Source: Nymphaea colorata
Lineage: Eukaryota
Direction: 5' to 3'
Assembly: GCF_008831285.2 (NCBI RefSeq)
Contig: NC_045138.2
Coordinates: forward strand, 9,982,001 to 10,046,000
Length of the DNA: 64,000 nucleotides
Notes under the pieces: generated by a model
Told to the model about the DNA's origin: nothing
Seen by the model: only the letters and a program-made list of their open reading frames with translations
The model's database searches: none
Position numbers and translations under genes: made by a program
Shown here: in pieces, positions 49,901 to 63,778 of the stretch
Layout: the number at the start of each line of letters is the position of its first letter
Position numbering within the stretch: the first letter of the stretch is position 1

Positions 49901-50743
49901 TGCCGGTTAGGCAAGCATACACAGAGTATGTTTCTCTCGAGTTAGAGTCCATCTAGTCAAAGTCCTTTTGATCTCCTTCATATTGATGTTTGGGGTCCTA
50001 GTCAGGTTTCTTTTCGTTCACGTTTCTAGTATTACCTGGTTTTTGTTTATGATTTTACTAGAGTCAATTAGGTAATTTTATTACGAGAAATGTCTGAAGC
50101 CATTTGTATCCTTTAGAAATTTGTCAAGGAAATAAAAGTTCAGTTTGGTTTCATTGTCAAAAGTATTCGCACTGATAATGCTCTTGAATTCAAATCTTCA
50201 GTTCTACTTTAATTTTATGTCAATCATGGGATTCGGCCACAATATACTTGCCCCCACACATTCCAACAAAATGGTGTTGCTGAACGCAAACATCAACAGC
50301 TCCTAAATGTGGCCCGCACTCTCATGTTGTAGACCTATATGCCCGCCTACTTTTGGGGAGATGTTACTCTTACCGCATGCTATCTCACTAACAGATTACC
50401 CTCGTCTGCCATCCAAGAACACATTCCCATTTAAATACTATATTTAGATCGACCGTTATTTCATATACCTCCCAAAGTATTTGGATGCACTTATTTTGCA
50501 CACATTTTAGGCCCAAACAAAAACAAACTTGCTGCCCAAGCTATCAAATGTATATTCATTGGATATGTTTCCAATCAAAAAGAATATCAGTGGTTTGATC
50601 TCCATAACAAAAAAGATATTGTCAGTGCGGATGTTACATTTTTCAAGTCTCATCCTTATTTTTTCCCTCTATGTCCTACAATGTCTGAGCTCCCAGTTTC
50701 TATTCATCTTCCTATTTCCCCAGTGTCACTTGAGTCTATTACT

Positions 50744-51449
50744 CAGTGTTGTACGTATCGTACGATACGTATCGTATCGTTCGCAAAATACGATACGATA
50801 CACCCCCTGTATCGTAAATGGGGGTGTATCGTACCTGTATCGTACGATACGGTGCGATACGGCCCGTATCGTACGATACGGGCTGATTTCTAAAAAGGAG
50901 ACTTGAACCCCATTTTTTCGAGTTTTTTTTTTATAAAAACCCACCCCTTCCTCATTTCTAATCTATAGATTGTACCGTTTTAGAGGGAAATCATTGATTT
51001 CCATTGTGAGATCATCGATTTCCATTGTGAAATCATCGATTGTCACCGTGAAATCATCTATTAAACCATGGATTTGTGCATGGGTGGCTGATTCCCATTG
51101 AGAAGAAATGGTTTTTTTTTAAACCATGAAGATAAAGATGAAAAAGAATGATATTGTTATGAATTTTGATGTCTATGAAGTATGAATGATGAACCGTGAA
51201 CGTGTAAGTTTATAGTATTTAGCAAAATAATAAGTCTATCATTATCTAAAAGACTAAACCATGTTTTCTATGAAGAATTTATTATTTTTAATTTTTTCTG
51301 ATTTTTTATGAATTTTTTGATTTTTTTTAATTTTTTCTGATTTATTATTATTATTTTTTTAAAATTTACGATACGGTTACGATACGTTACGATACGGCGT
51401 ATCTTAAAGCCCGACCGATACGCCTTACGATACGCTTTTTACAACATTG
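50744..51449 (+). mobile_element. Non-autonomous hAT element, family 2 (706 bp)
   Basis: TIRs CAGTGTTGTA / TACAACATTG; perfect 8-bp TSD CTATTACT; dense CGATAC/GTATCG arrays. Confidence 0.93.
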
Positions 51450-52494
51450 CTATTACTTCCTCTCCACCGTTGTCATGTGACCATTTCTTTGATCCTCCAT
51501 TAGTCTATACTCGTCGTCAAGGTCCCCCTCCAAACCGTCTACCAAAGTCTTCTCAAGAGGTAAGTTCTACTGATAAGACTGACTCAGGTATAAATGATGA
51601 CTACCTTGCAGATGATCTTCCTATCGCCATTTGTAAGGGCCAGAGACGGTGCACAATGCATCTGATCTCTAACTTTGTTTCTACGGATTATTTGAGTAGA
51701 AGTTTGGTGCAGTTTGATCGAGCTATGTCTAGTCACACTATCTCGTCTTCTCACCACCAAGCCTTATTAGATTCACGGTGAAAACAAGCCATGCAGGAGA
51801 AAATGAATCCTCTTCTTTCTAGGGAGACTTGGGACTTGGTGGATCCACCAATGAATTGTGATGTTGTTGGCTCCAAGTGGGTATTCACCATCAAATATCA
51901 TTCTGATAGTCCCAAGGTATGCAAACTAAAAAAGGCTATCTATGGACTTAAACAGAGTCCCCGCACATGGTTCCATAAGCTAAGTAAGGTTATCTTTAAG
52001 TGTGGATTTTAAAGATCTCAGCTTGATCACTCATTGTTCATCACTCAGCACATCTGGTATAATGATGTTGATTCTATATGTTGATGATATTGTTCTTACA
52101 GGGGAGTGTAATCAAAAGATAGCTCAGACGAAGGAATTCCTACAGAAGCAATTTGTCACAAAAGACCTAGGTCAACTCCGCTAGTTCCTCGGTATCGAAG
52201 TGGCTCGTAGTAGTAAAGGGGTTGTAATGTATCAAAGAAAATATGTTCTTGATCTTTTGCAGGAAACAGGGTTATTGGGAACCAAACCTGCTACACTTCC
52301 TATGAATCCTCAAGTTCATACTCATGATGATGAATAAGAAATTTTTGACTCTCGATCATACAGATCTCTGATAGGGAAACTTTTATATTTGACTGTCACT
52401 CGATCTGACATTAGCTTTATTGTGAATAAGCTAAGTCAATTCATGGAAAAACTTCGGAAGGATCATTGGGAGACTACTTTAATAGTGGTAAAAT

Positions 52495-55400
52495 TAGTGT
52501 TGTACGTATCGTACGATACGATACACCCCTGTATCATAAATGGGGAGGGGGGTAGTATCGTCCCTGTATCGTACGATACGGGGTGATACGCCCCATATCA
52601 CACAATATGGTGTTATTTCAAAAAAGGGGAGTCTGAACCTTCCTTTTTGATGATTTCTTTAAGATGTCTGCCCCTTCTTAATTTTCTAACGTAGGGAGTG
52701 TGCGTCCTTGGAGGGAGATCATCACTTTTCACCGTGAAATCAGCTATCCAACTGTCGATTTGTACGTGGGTGGCTGATTCTCGTTGGGAGGAAAGAGGTT
52801 TTATTGATTTCTTCTCCCTAAGGTATGAAATCTCTTGTTTTTACCATATATTCATTTATTTTTTGCCGTATATTGAAAGATATTCAAATCGATTGTTTTT
52901 CTTTAAGTTTATCGTAGGTTTTCGTTTTTTTGTGAAGATATGACATTGTTTGATCCCACATGGCAATGGTGTCAAAGGATTAAGGAGAATGATCAGTTAA
53001 GACTCAAATGTAACTTTTGGAGAATACATTTTTAGGAGGGATTATTAGAATGAAACACCATTTGGCAGGGACATCCAAAGATGCATCTCCATGCGATGGA
53101 AAACCAAATAAACCTTTGCCTCCATTTTTGTGTCAGCAATGTTTAGATATGCTTAATGCTTTACATTAATAGAAGATATAAAAACAAATGGAAGAGGCAG
53201 ATGTAGGCTATAATGAGCCTTAGGAAGCTGAAGAAGAAGAAGAAACTTATGAAAATGTTGATGATGTTGAATATGATAACAGTATAAGAACAGATGTGGA
53301 GAGCTCAAGAGGTAGAGGCTGTAGAGGGAAAAGAATCATGTATGAAGGAGGTCGATCTTGCCCATCTGGAAGGAAAAGAGAGGTACACCAGATATTAGGT
53401 GTGGTCATCGACCACCTAATGGTAGAGTTCCTAGTTGTAGGTCTAATGTTGGTTCTACTAGGAACTTTTTCCCTTCATATACTGGCCCAGGTTGTCAGCC
53501 TCAGATTTGCGCTGCTATGACATCTAAAGATATGTTACATCAAACACAGCTGACAGTATGTAAATGGTTTTATGATGTATGTATTCACTTTAGTGCAGCT
53601 AATACCTTTCAGTTCCAAGCCATGGTAGATGCAATTACATCTATAGGCCCCAGTTTCAAAATGCCATCATATCATCAGGTGGGGCAAATTTCTTGAAGCT
53701 ATGGTGAAAAAAGTATCTAAACATTGCAATCAGTTGAAATTATGTTGGAAGGAAACAGGTTGTTCCATTATGTCAGATGGATGGACTGATAGACGGTCAA
53801 GAACACTTGTGAATTTTCTTGTTTATTGCCTTTTAAAGGTATAATGTCCTTGAAATCTCTTGATTTGTCTGATGTTTCTAATAGCTGCAAATTATAGAGC
53901 TGCAGGGGATATGTTATTTCCAAAGTATAGAACATTTTATTGGAGTCCATGTGCCACTCATTGTGTAAATCTAATACTTCAAGATCTTAGTGAGATGCAT
54001 GATATGAAATCAACTGTTGACCAATGCCAAGAGGTTACAAAAAATCATGCATATGTATTGAGTTTGATGAGAAAATTTACAAAAGGAGTTGAATTAATAC
54101 GACCTGCACGAACTAGATTTGCCACAAATGTATTGACTGTACAGAGCATAGTGAAACAAAGAACTCCGTTAAGGCAGATGTTCTCTAGTGAAGAATGGGC
54201 TGCATATCCACATGCTCATAAAAGAAATTATTCTTTAGTTGTGGATATTATATTCAATAACGAATTTTGGGAATCATGTGTGAAGCTATTGAAGGTTTGT
54301 GTTCCATTAGTTAATGTCCTCAGATTAGCTGACAGCGAGGATAGGCCTTCCATAGGGTACTTATATGTGGCTATGGATAAAGCAAAAGAGGCAATTCGAG
54401 ACAACTTGAAAGGGAAAAATATATATATATGCCCATATGGAATATTATAGATAAAAGGTGGACTGAACAACTTCATCAACCTCTCCATGCTGCAGCTGAC
54501 TATCTAAATTCTGCAATTAGATTTTCTACTACATTTAAGAAGGACAGAGAAGTCACGCATGGTTTGTTAAATTGTGTTTTAGTGTGTTAGTGACAGATTG
54601 TAGAGAACAAGATGCTGTGCACAGTGACTTAGATCTATATGATCGTTGTTTTGGGGACATGGGACAACCCGGCGCCGTTCGAGCCAGGACAACCATGTGT
54701 CCAGATAAATACATAAAAATTTTTACTTTACTTTGCATTTGTTACATTTGATTCCTTTATGTTGTTTTAAGTAAATTTTACATAAGATTTGTTTTATTTT
54801 TGTTTAGATTTGTGGTGGAATAGGTTTGTGATTGATTGTCCAAACCTAACACGTTTTGCAATTAAAGTCCTCATCCAGACACGTAGTGCTAGTGGATACG
54901 AAAGGAATTGGAGCGTTTTCCAACATATCCACAGCAAGAAAAAGAATAGGTTTGAACATAAAAGGTTGAATGACCTTGTCTTTGTTCGTGTAATATGAGG
55001 TTGAAACAAAGGTAATATAACTTTATATTTGCAATTGTTTTACAATATATTTATATATAATTATCTATTAACAAGTTTTCTCTTATTTAACATAGACAAT
55101 TACAAAAAGCATCAACAAGAAGGCACACATCTCAGTTTGATCCTATCAGCTTAGAAAACTTTGACGATCTAGAACCACGGATTGAGGAAGAACCAACTAC
55201 AATATTTGATGATGAAGATCTTCAATGCTTCAACCTTGAAGGTACAACAACAGAAGAATTTGTTGATGAAGGAGAGCCTGCTGGATATGTTGGTGAGGAT
55301 CTTCAAATTCATGAAGATGAAGATGAAGAAGAAGATGAAGATGAGGATGAAAATGAATATGATGAAAATTATGAATGAGAGTCGAGAGAGTGCTTCCATT

Positions 55401-55758
55401 TTCTATGTATTGGCAATTTGGCACTTAACACTTTCACAATTTCATTATGTAATTGTTGACTTATTGTGCTTTCTAGATTGATATTGTTATGAGTCATGAC
55501 TTATGAATTTTGATGTTTATGAATGATGAATGCGTAACTTTATAGCAATAATAAGTCTATCATTCTGTAAAACATGTTTTTTATGAAGAACATATTATTT
55601 TTTATTTTTACTGATTTTTTATGATTTTTTTGATTTTTTTATATTTTTCTGATTTTATTTTTATTTTTTAAAAAATTTATGATACAGTTATGGCACGTTA
55701 CGATATGGCGCATCTAAAAGCCGAAATGATACGGCTTACGATACGCTTTTTACAACAT
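52495..55758 (+). mobile_element. hAT transposon, family 2, with transposase pseudogene (about 52940-55380)
   Basis: Left TIR TAGTGTTGTA; BED-finger-like IIRMKHHLAG; MSDGWTD; WSPCATHCVNL; LIRPARTRFAT; hAT dimerisation region WW..CPNL..ASGYERNWSVF..HSKKKNR; acidic tail; stops and frameshifts; right TIR clipped. Confidence 0.92.
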
Positions 55759-56597
55759 AAAAGCATATAAAAGCATATACTGATGTATGGTTCAAAAAAG
55801 GAGAATGTATGGACATAAACGCATATACTGATGTTGATTATGCAGGGTCAGTAAATGACAGAAATTCAACTATAGGTTTTTGTGTCTTTGTTGGAGGTAA
55901 TTTTATCTTTTGGAAGAGCAAGAACCAGAATGTGGTTGCTAGATCTAGTGTTGAGTATGAATATAGGGCAATGGTTCAAGCTGCGACTGAAATGTCATGG
56001 GTCAAATCAATGCTTCTAGATTTGGGAATTTCAGTAAATCTCCCAATGAAGATGTATTGTCATAACAGGGCAGCAACTTACATTGCAAACAATCCTCTTT
56101 TTCATAAAAAGGCAAAACACATTGAAGTGGATTGTCATTATTTTGGAGACTTGGTACAAGAAAGAATCATTATTACTATTCATGTCTCTTCTGAAGATCA
56201 AGCAGTTGATATTTTTACTCATGTCTCTTCTGAAGATCAAGCAGTTGATATTTTTACTAAGGCTTTTCTTATTGGTAATTTCTTGAGAGGATGTAACAAG
56301 CTGAGCATGATTGATATCTATGCTCCAGTTTGAGGGAGAGTGTTAAATAATTTTAGGAGTTGGTTAGAGTCTTTCTGAAATATTAGGAAGTTGAAATGTG
56401 TTTATTTTATTGTTATCTTATTTTTATTGGACTGAATCTGTAATTCTGGTTACCGCCACCCAAATCTCTTTTTAATCTGAGATTAGGGTTACGTGAATGA
56501 CAATTCAAATGTTTCTCTCTCTCTAATCGCAACAAAATTGATTTGAGAAAAGAGAAAAAAAAAACTTGTATCAGCATTCTATCTTGTCCACTGATAT

Positions 56598-59500
56598 CGT
56601 TGCAGATTGAGAGAGACTAGAGAGATGTTGAGGAAAGGAGAGAACGAGAGAAAGAGAGAGAGCCAAAAAGATTGATTCATTAACGTAACCCTAATCTCTT
56701 TTAAAAGAGAGGGCTGGCTGTAAACACTTTTCAAAAACAGTCCAACAACTATAAGAAAATGTTCACAGATCCCATCTCTAACTTTCTAATATTTAAGAAA
56801 TACTCTTTAACACTTCCCCTCAAGTTGGAGCATATATATCAATCATGCTCAGCTTGTTACAACATCTCAGGAAATCATGAAAGAGCCTTGATGAGGATAT
56901 CAGCTGCCTGAACTTCTGAGGAGACATAAATAGTGCTAACAATTCCTTCTTGAACTAAGTCTTGAATATAATGGCAATCCACTTTAATGTGTTTAGTCAT
57001 CTCATGAAAGACATGACAGTTAGCAATATATGTAGTTGCCTTGTTGTCATAATACATCTTTATTAGGAGATTCACTGAAACACCCAACTCTAAAAGTAGT
57101 GATCTAACCCACGACATTTTAGCCGCAGTTTGAGCCATAGCCCTATATTCCGACTCAGCACTAGAACGAGCCACCACATTCTGCTTCTTGCTCCTCCGAG
57201 AAATAAGATTATCTCCCACAAAGACACAAAAACCTGTAGTAAACTTCCTATCATCTACAGACCCTGCGTAATCAACACCACTATACGCTTCGATGTCAAC
57301 ACATTCTCCCTTTTTGAACCATAACCCCTTTCCCGGGGTTGATTTTAAGTAGCTCACAATCATTAGAGCAGCATCCCAATGAACCTTCCGGGGTTTTTTC
57401 ATAAGCTGGCTTAACTTATTCACAGCAAAACCAATGTCGGGGCAAGTGACAGTCAAATATATCAATTTCCCTGTCAGGGATCTGTAAGATCTAGAGTCAA
57501 ATGGCTTTGAGTCATCATCATGTATATGAATGCGGGGATTCATGGGAAGTGTGGCAGGTTTAGCCCCCAATAGTCCTATTTCCTGCAGAAGATCAAAGAC
57601 ATATATTTCCTTTGAGACACTACAACTCCTTTAGTACTATGAGTCACCTCAATACCAAGAAAATAACGGAGTTGTCCAAGGTCTTTAGTAACAAAGTGTT
57701 GTTGTAAAAACTCCTTTGTTTGAACTATCTCTTGATCATTTTCCCCGGTAAGAACAATATCATCCACGTAGACAATCAATATCACCATTCCTGATGAGCC
57801 TTGCTTGATAAACAATGAGTGATCAAGCTGGGATCGGCAAAATCCACACTTAGATAACACCTCAGTAAGCTCCTGGAACCATGCACGAGGACTCTATTTA
57901 AGTCTATAAATAGCCCTCTTTAATTTGCATACCTTGGAACACTCCCCATGTCGTTCAAATCCAGGTGGTTGCTGCATATAGACGGTTTAAAAAAAGTCTC
58001 CATACAGAAAGACATTTTTCACATCCAGTTGGAAGAGAGGCAAAAATGGCCAATCGAGCCAGAGGCAAAAATGTCTCAAAGAAGTCAATACCATAAGTCT
58101 GAGTATTTGCAACAAGACGTGCCTTGAACCTTTCAACTGAACCATCAGAATGATACTTGATGGTGAATACCCATCTTGATCCAATCACATCACAGTGCGT
58201 CGGGGGATCTACCAAATCTCAAGTCTCTCGAGAAAGAAGAGCATCCATTTCCTCCTGCATAGCTTGTCGCCAACGTGGATCTAACAGGGCGTAAGGGTGA
58301 GAAGACGGGATAACATGACTAGATAGAGCTTGATCAAACTGCACCAAACTTGTACTCAAACAGTCAGTAGAGACAGAATTAGAAATAGGATGTAGTGTGC
58401 ACTGTCGCTTCCCCTTGCGAATGGCAATAGGAAGATCTGTTGCAGAATGGTCATCATTTAAACCTAAGTCAGTCTTATCAGTAGAGCTTACCTCTTGAAA
58501 TGATGTTGGTGGACGGCTGAGGGAGGTACCTAGACGACAAGTGTAAACCAACGAAAGATCAAGGAAACATTCATGTGACCTAGGTTGAGATGGTGGAAAT
58601 GACTCAAGTGACACTGGTGGAATAGGAAAAGGTACAGGTACATGCATCTCAGACGGAGATGGACTTGACGGGGCAAAATAAGGATGAGACTCAAAGAAGG
58701 TAACATTCGCACTGATAATGTCTTTCTTAGTTAGGGGATCAAAGTATTTATATCCTTTTTGAGTAGCCAATAAAGACACATTTGATGGCTTGGGCAGCAA
58801 GTTTATTTTTGTTTGGGCCTAGGATATGTGCAAAGCAAGTGCATCTAAATACTTTGAGAGGTAAGTGAAATAATGGACGCTCTGTATATAGAATTTGAAT
58901 GAGAATACGTTCTTCGATGGACGAAGAGGGTAATCTATTAATGAGGTAACATGCAGTAAGAATAGCATCACCTCAAAAATAGGCAGGCACGTGAGAATGT
59001 AGCATAAGGGTGCGAGCCACATTTAGGAGTTGCCGATGTTTGCGTTCGGCTACACCATTTTGTTGGGACGTATGCAGACAAGTATATTGAGGGCGAATTT
59101 CATGATTGGCATAAAATTGAAGTAGAATGGAAGACTTGAATTCAAGATCATTATCAGTGCGAATATTTTTGACAATGAGACCAAACTGAGTTTTTATTTC
59201 TTTAACAACTATGTCACACGAACACAGCAAAATGGGCCACGTACCGGTATCGACACTCCGACACCTGGATACCGACACTTGGACACGGTAGGATACGTTT
59301 TGGATCGGGTCTGGGTCAGACCCGATCCAAACCACTTTACTAACCCGACATTCTTTGTTTTGTTTGAGACTTTCTTTCTTATGACTTATAAGATTGGTCA
59401 TGAACAATGTTTTGTTTGAGAATCTGAGACTTTCTTTCTTATGACTTATGAGATTGTAAGAGTGAATTATTAATGTAATGTTTTTTTTTAATTTTATTAT

Positions 59501-62480
59501 CCTTTTTATTTTTTTAGAATATAAAATTCACCGTATCTGCGTATCCTAAAATTTTGAAAATTGCCGTATCCACGCGTACCCGTACCCATAGGATACCCGT
59601 ACCCGGATAGCTTAACAAATTTCTGAAGAATTCATATAACTTCATATCTTTTCCTTAACAAGAAAACCCAACTGACCCTAGTAAAATCATCAACTAAAAC
59701 AAGATAGTATCAGAAACATGACCGAAAAGGAACTCGACTAGGACCCCATACATCCACCTGAATGAGATCAAACAGACTCTGACTAGACGGACTCTAACTC
59801 GAAGGAAAGTTGCTCCGTATATGCTTGCCCAACTGACAAGCATCACATAAGAATGACTCTGATGCAGGAATATCTGGAAACATGCAACGAAGTTTTGGTA
59901 CTGACAGATGACCCAGTCTGAGATGCCATTGGAAAGGAGAAGGCTTTGAAGGAACTGAAGATGCAACTACATCAACTGGGATCGACAGAAAATAAAGTCT
60001 CTCACGTTCATGGCCGCCACCAATCATCTTCCCAGTTGGTAAGTCCTAAAAAGAACCAAGAGTCAGGGTCAAAAATGACTTTACACTGTAAGTCGAGAGC
60101 TAGCTGCTTAACAGCTAACAAGTTAACAGGAAACTGAGGAGCATATAGCACACGTGTAATAGTGTCTAATTGTGGAAGGTAGATATCACCACTGCCCAAA
60201 ACAGGGGACAGCTTGCCATCAGCCAGCCTGACATGTTGTGGTATAGAGAGTTTGACAAATGATGAAAAATTTTATGGTTGATTACAACAATGTCTAGACG
60301 CACCAGATTCTATCATCCATATCATACCTGTATCATCAATAGAGAATGCTGAGTCTATAAAAGTGGCATTAGCAGATGTAGAGGCAGACCTCTGAGTAAG
60401 AATACGATCATATTCATCCTTAAGAGAATATGACATAGATATAGAAGGGTCAGTAGAAGACTCAACCATAGATATTGTTGCCTTTGAATGAGCAGCTTGG
60501 GATAAAGAAGAACCTTTGCCTGTGGCGGTTCTACCTTCACCACATCCAGAGGAGACGCTCGAACGGAGGTGAGGATGCTTATCCCAACAACGATCCTCTA
60601 GATGACCAACTTTGCCACAATAAGAGCACTGAAATCTGCCGCGTCTTGCACCACAGCCTGCACCACATCCCTTAGTGCCACCAAAAGAACTAGGGCCCCG
60701 TCCTCCTGATATCACAAGTGCAGAGACTGGTGTGTCATGCGTATTCTGAGAAAGAGTGACTGCAAGACGACTCAGCCTATTATACATGTTTGCTAAATTT
60801 GGAAGATCACTGCCGGTGAGAATATGAGACTTTGCCACAGTGTATTTTGCAGATAGGCCAGATAGGAACTTCGCTATCCAGTTTCAAAGTGTGATGCATA
60901 ACAATGCTGGCAAGGTGGACGAAGAGTCTTCAATCGTTCATATGCAGCAATCAATGTAGCAAAATACTGAGATAGGTCCTGATCCCCTTGCCGTATGTTG
61001 CATAACTCCTCTTCCAATTGTAAGACCTTAATTACATTAGTGGCATGCGAGTATGTCTTCCTCAAGAAAGACCACATCTCCTTAGCCTTGGTATAATATG
61101 CAATAGTTGGAGCTATATGAGACTCCACACTATTCATAATCCAAGACATAACAATGTAATTATCTTCATCCCACGCAGCAGATATTCATTTTTTCTCAAT
61201 AGGTTCATCCTCTTCAAGAATATATTTGTTCCAATGACCAGCCACAGACATTATGAACACCCTGGACCATATTTCATAATTTGAACCATTAAGTTTGATC
61301 GCGGTTTCATAGGAGAAGGAATTTCCAGCCATCTTGTATTCAGTAGAGCCCTCAGATTTACTGTTATCAGCCATAGTAAATGAAGAAAACCTGACCGGTG
61401 TACACGTTATGAGTCTAGGATGTTGCTGTCCACTAATATCAGAGATAAAGGATCAAAGGCAACACAGACAAATTTGGAATAGAGGCTTGTGACTCCAATG
61501 ACAAATCTGAAACTTTCTCAAACAGGCAGCAATATCACAAACAGGAAGCAATATCTAAACTTTCTCAAACAAGCAGATCTGGAAATATATAAAACAGGCA
61601 GCAATATGGAACCAACTGTTTCAGTCGATGACTGAAACTTCTTCACCCAACGGCAAAAGACTGCTGCTACTCCTAAACACAGCAGTTTCTCATAAAAACT
61701 TGCTGTCCACACGACAAAGAAATCAACGACCTCAACTGAAATATCTTGTACTTACGATTAGCAGCAGTCCACACCTCACAAAGCGTCACTTTACTGATTT
61801 CACATTCATGATTTGCAGATATTGCTCCTCACGTCAAAACTGCATCTTCAAACAGCAACATGACTCCACACACAGCAGCAAAAGGGCAGGTCTGATAATT
61901 AACGTCACAGATCTGCTTCCACGACAGCAAAAAATCAGAAAATCAGATCTGTTTAGGGCAGTCTGACACACGACTTCATAGATTTTCTTCACAGCAGCAG
62001 AAAATCATGATCAAATCCACCATCTTCTTCCATGGCAGCAACTTCATCAACGTTTCTCCATGTCTTCCACGGCAATAGCAACACAAGGGTGCTAATCAAG
62101 TTTAACATGTTAAACGTGATTAGCCCCTTTTACCAAACAGATTACTTGCTTTTCTTGAAATCAGCAGAAAAATATAGGCGTGAACCCTAGCTTGGAGGAA
62201 GAGGCGAGAGATGAAGGAAGGAACGTGAAACCCTAAATAGCACAGTCTTAGATCTAGGGCTCTGCTACCATGGAGCAGATTGAGAGAGACGAGAGAGATG
62301 TTGAGGAAAGGAGAGAACGAGAGAGAGCCAAAAAGATTGATTCATTAACGTAACCCTAATCTCTTTTAAAAGAGATTAAGGCTGGTTGTAAACACTTTAC
62401 AAAAACAGTCCAACAACTATAAGAAAATGTTTAAAGACCTCCTCTCTAACTTTCTAATATTTCATAAACACTCTATAACA
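56598..62480 (-). mobile_element. Full-length defective Ty1/Copia element E
   Basis: LTRs 56598-56812 and 62271-62480 (visibly more diverged than those of A and C); TSD GATAT; PBS 62259-62270 with one mismatch; gag, protease, integrase, YVDD and RNase H fragments. Confidence 0.93.
59209..59610. mobile_element. Short (402 bp) non-autonomous hAT, family 1, inside the Copia E integrase
   Basis: Left TIR CTATGTCACA; right end ...GTACCCGGATAG partly deleted; TSD TTTAACAA/CTTAACAA (7/8). Confidence 0.8.
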
Positions 62481-62545
62481 GATATAGTTTGATATGAAGT
62501 GACATCACTAGGACTAGCTTTTATATTAAGTAGGTAGGTGCACAT

Positions 62546-63778
62546 CTATGTCACATAGGTACGAGTACTGGTACAGACCATTTTTAAAAAACTTGGGTGC
62601 GGGGGTACGGCCGTAGACACACGCACATATATATATATATATATATATACAAAAAATTTCAAACAGAATAACATATTCACATATATATATATATATCAAA
62701 AAATTACAAATAGAACTCCATATACATATTCAGCCATTACAACTTATATCTAAAGCACCTAGCAAGACAGAACCAAAAGACGAGAATGAGAATGTTAAAT
62801 AAAATGCAGATTTAAGTGGTCATGATAAAGGTCAGAACCATGCCAAAGCACAAATATGCACTAAGCAGCACAGGGATAAAATGTCATGTAATCAAATGCC
62901 ACAATCACAACACAAAGATTCACAGGGATAAAATGTCATGTAATCAAATGCCACAATCACAACACAAAGATTCACAGGGATAAAATGTCATGTAATCAAA
63001 TGCCACAATCACAACACAAAGATTCACATAGATGGACTTGCAGAGAGGGACATCTAAAGGGTCTATTAGCAAATGTAACCATACACTAAGACAGCGAAAG
63101 GGGACACTACAACTACAAAAAAAAAGGAACACTACGACGAAAGGGGAAACAAGACAGCGAAAGAAAAATGGATAGCGGAACAAGGGAACAACAAATAGAG
63201 AACCAATATTATCGTTAAATCTTTTTTGCGACAATATGTCATGATAAAACCAGAACGATGAAAAAAAAATGGACAGCGGCATGCCAATCGAAAGAAAAAT
63301 CACCACAACGAGAAAGGGGCGAACGCCAGCAGAGAAACGCCTCCAATCGACCCCACAAACTTCTTCTTCTTCTTCTTTTTCTTCTTCTTCTTCTTCTTCC
63401 TTCTCTGAAACTCAGTACGACCCAAAACTCAGTTCGTCATCTTCCCTTCGCCGCTCACCGTACGCCGTCTGCCATCGCCACTGCCGCCTACCAGTCTTTC
63501 GGTGAAGGTTGAAGACCGAGGTGAAGGGAAGACGAAGAACGATGGTGGTTTAACTTTAAGGGTTAATAATTTTAACGTGAAATATGTAAAAAATGTTAAA
63601 AAGTAAAAAACGATAAAATTCAAAATCGGACAGATTTAGACTCGGTCAACTTTGACCGAGTCTAAAAAAGGTCGAACATGACCTTGGGTGCGTTGACCGA
63701 ATCCAGTGCGGTCAACGCAGCACCCATGCCGCACCCATGGGCGTACTCGTACCGGTACCGTGTACCCGTGTGACTTAG
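62546..63778. mobile_element. Non-autonomous hAT element, family 1
   Basis: TIRs CTATGTCACA / TGTGACTTAG; perfect TSD GTGCACAT; internal repeat of about 51 bp x3 at 62870-63028. Confidence 0.92.

Larger units (their letters stand above)
47171..56534 (+). mobile_element. Full-length defective Ty1/Copia element D (same family as C and E) carrying two hAT insertions
   Basis: LTRs 47171-47329 and 56341-56534; TSD AAATT; PBS TGGTATCAGAGCC at 47330; PPT 56331-56340; gag start MADGSRSEGSNEYK at 48410; many stops; internal RT deletion. Confidence 0.95.
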
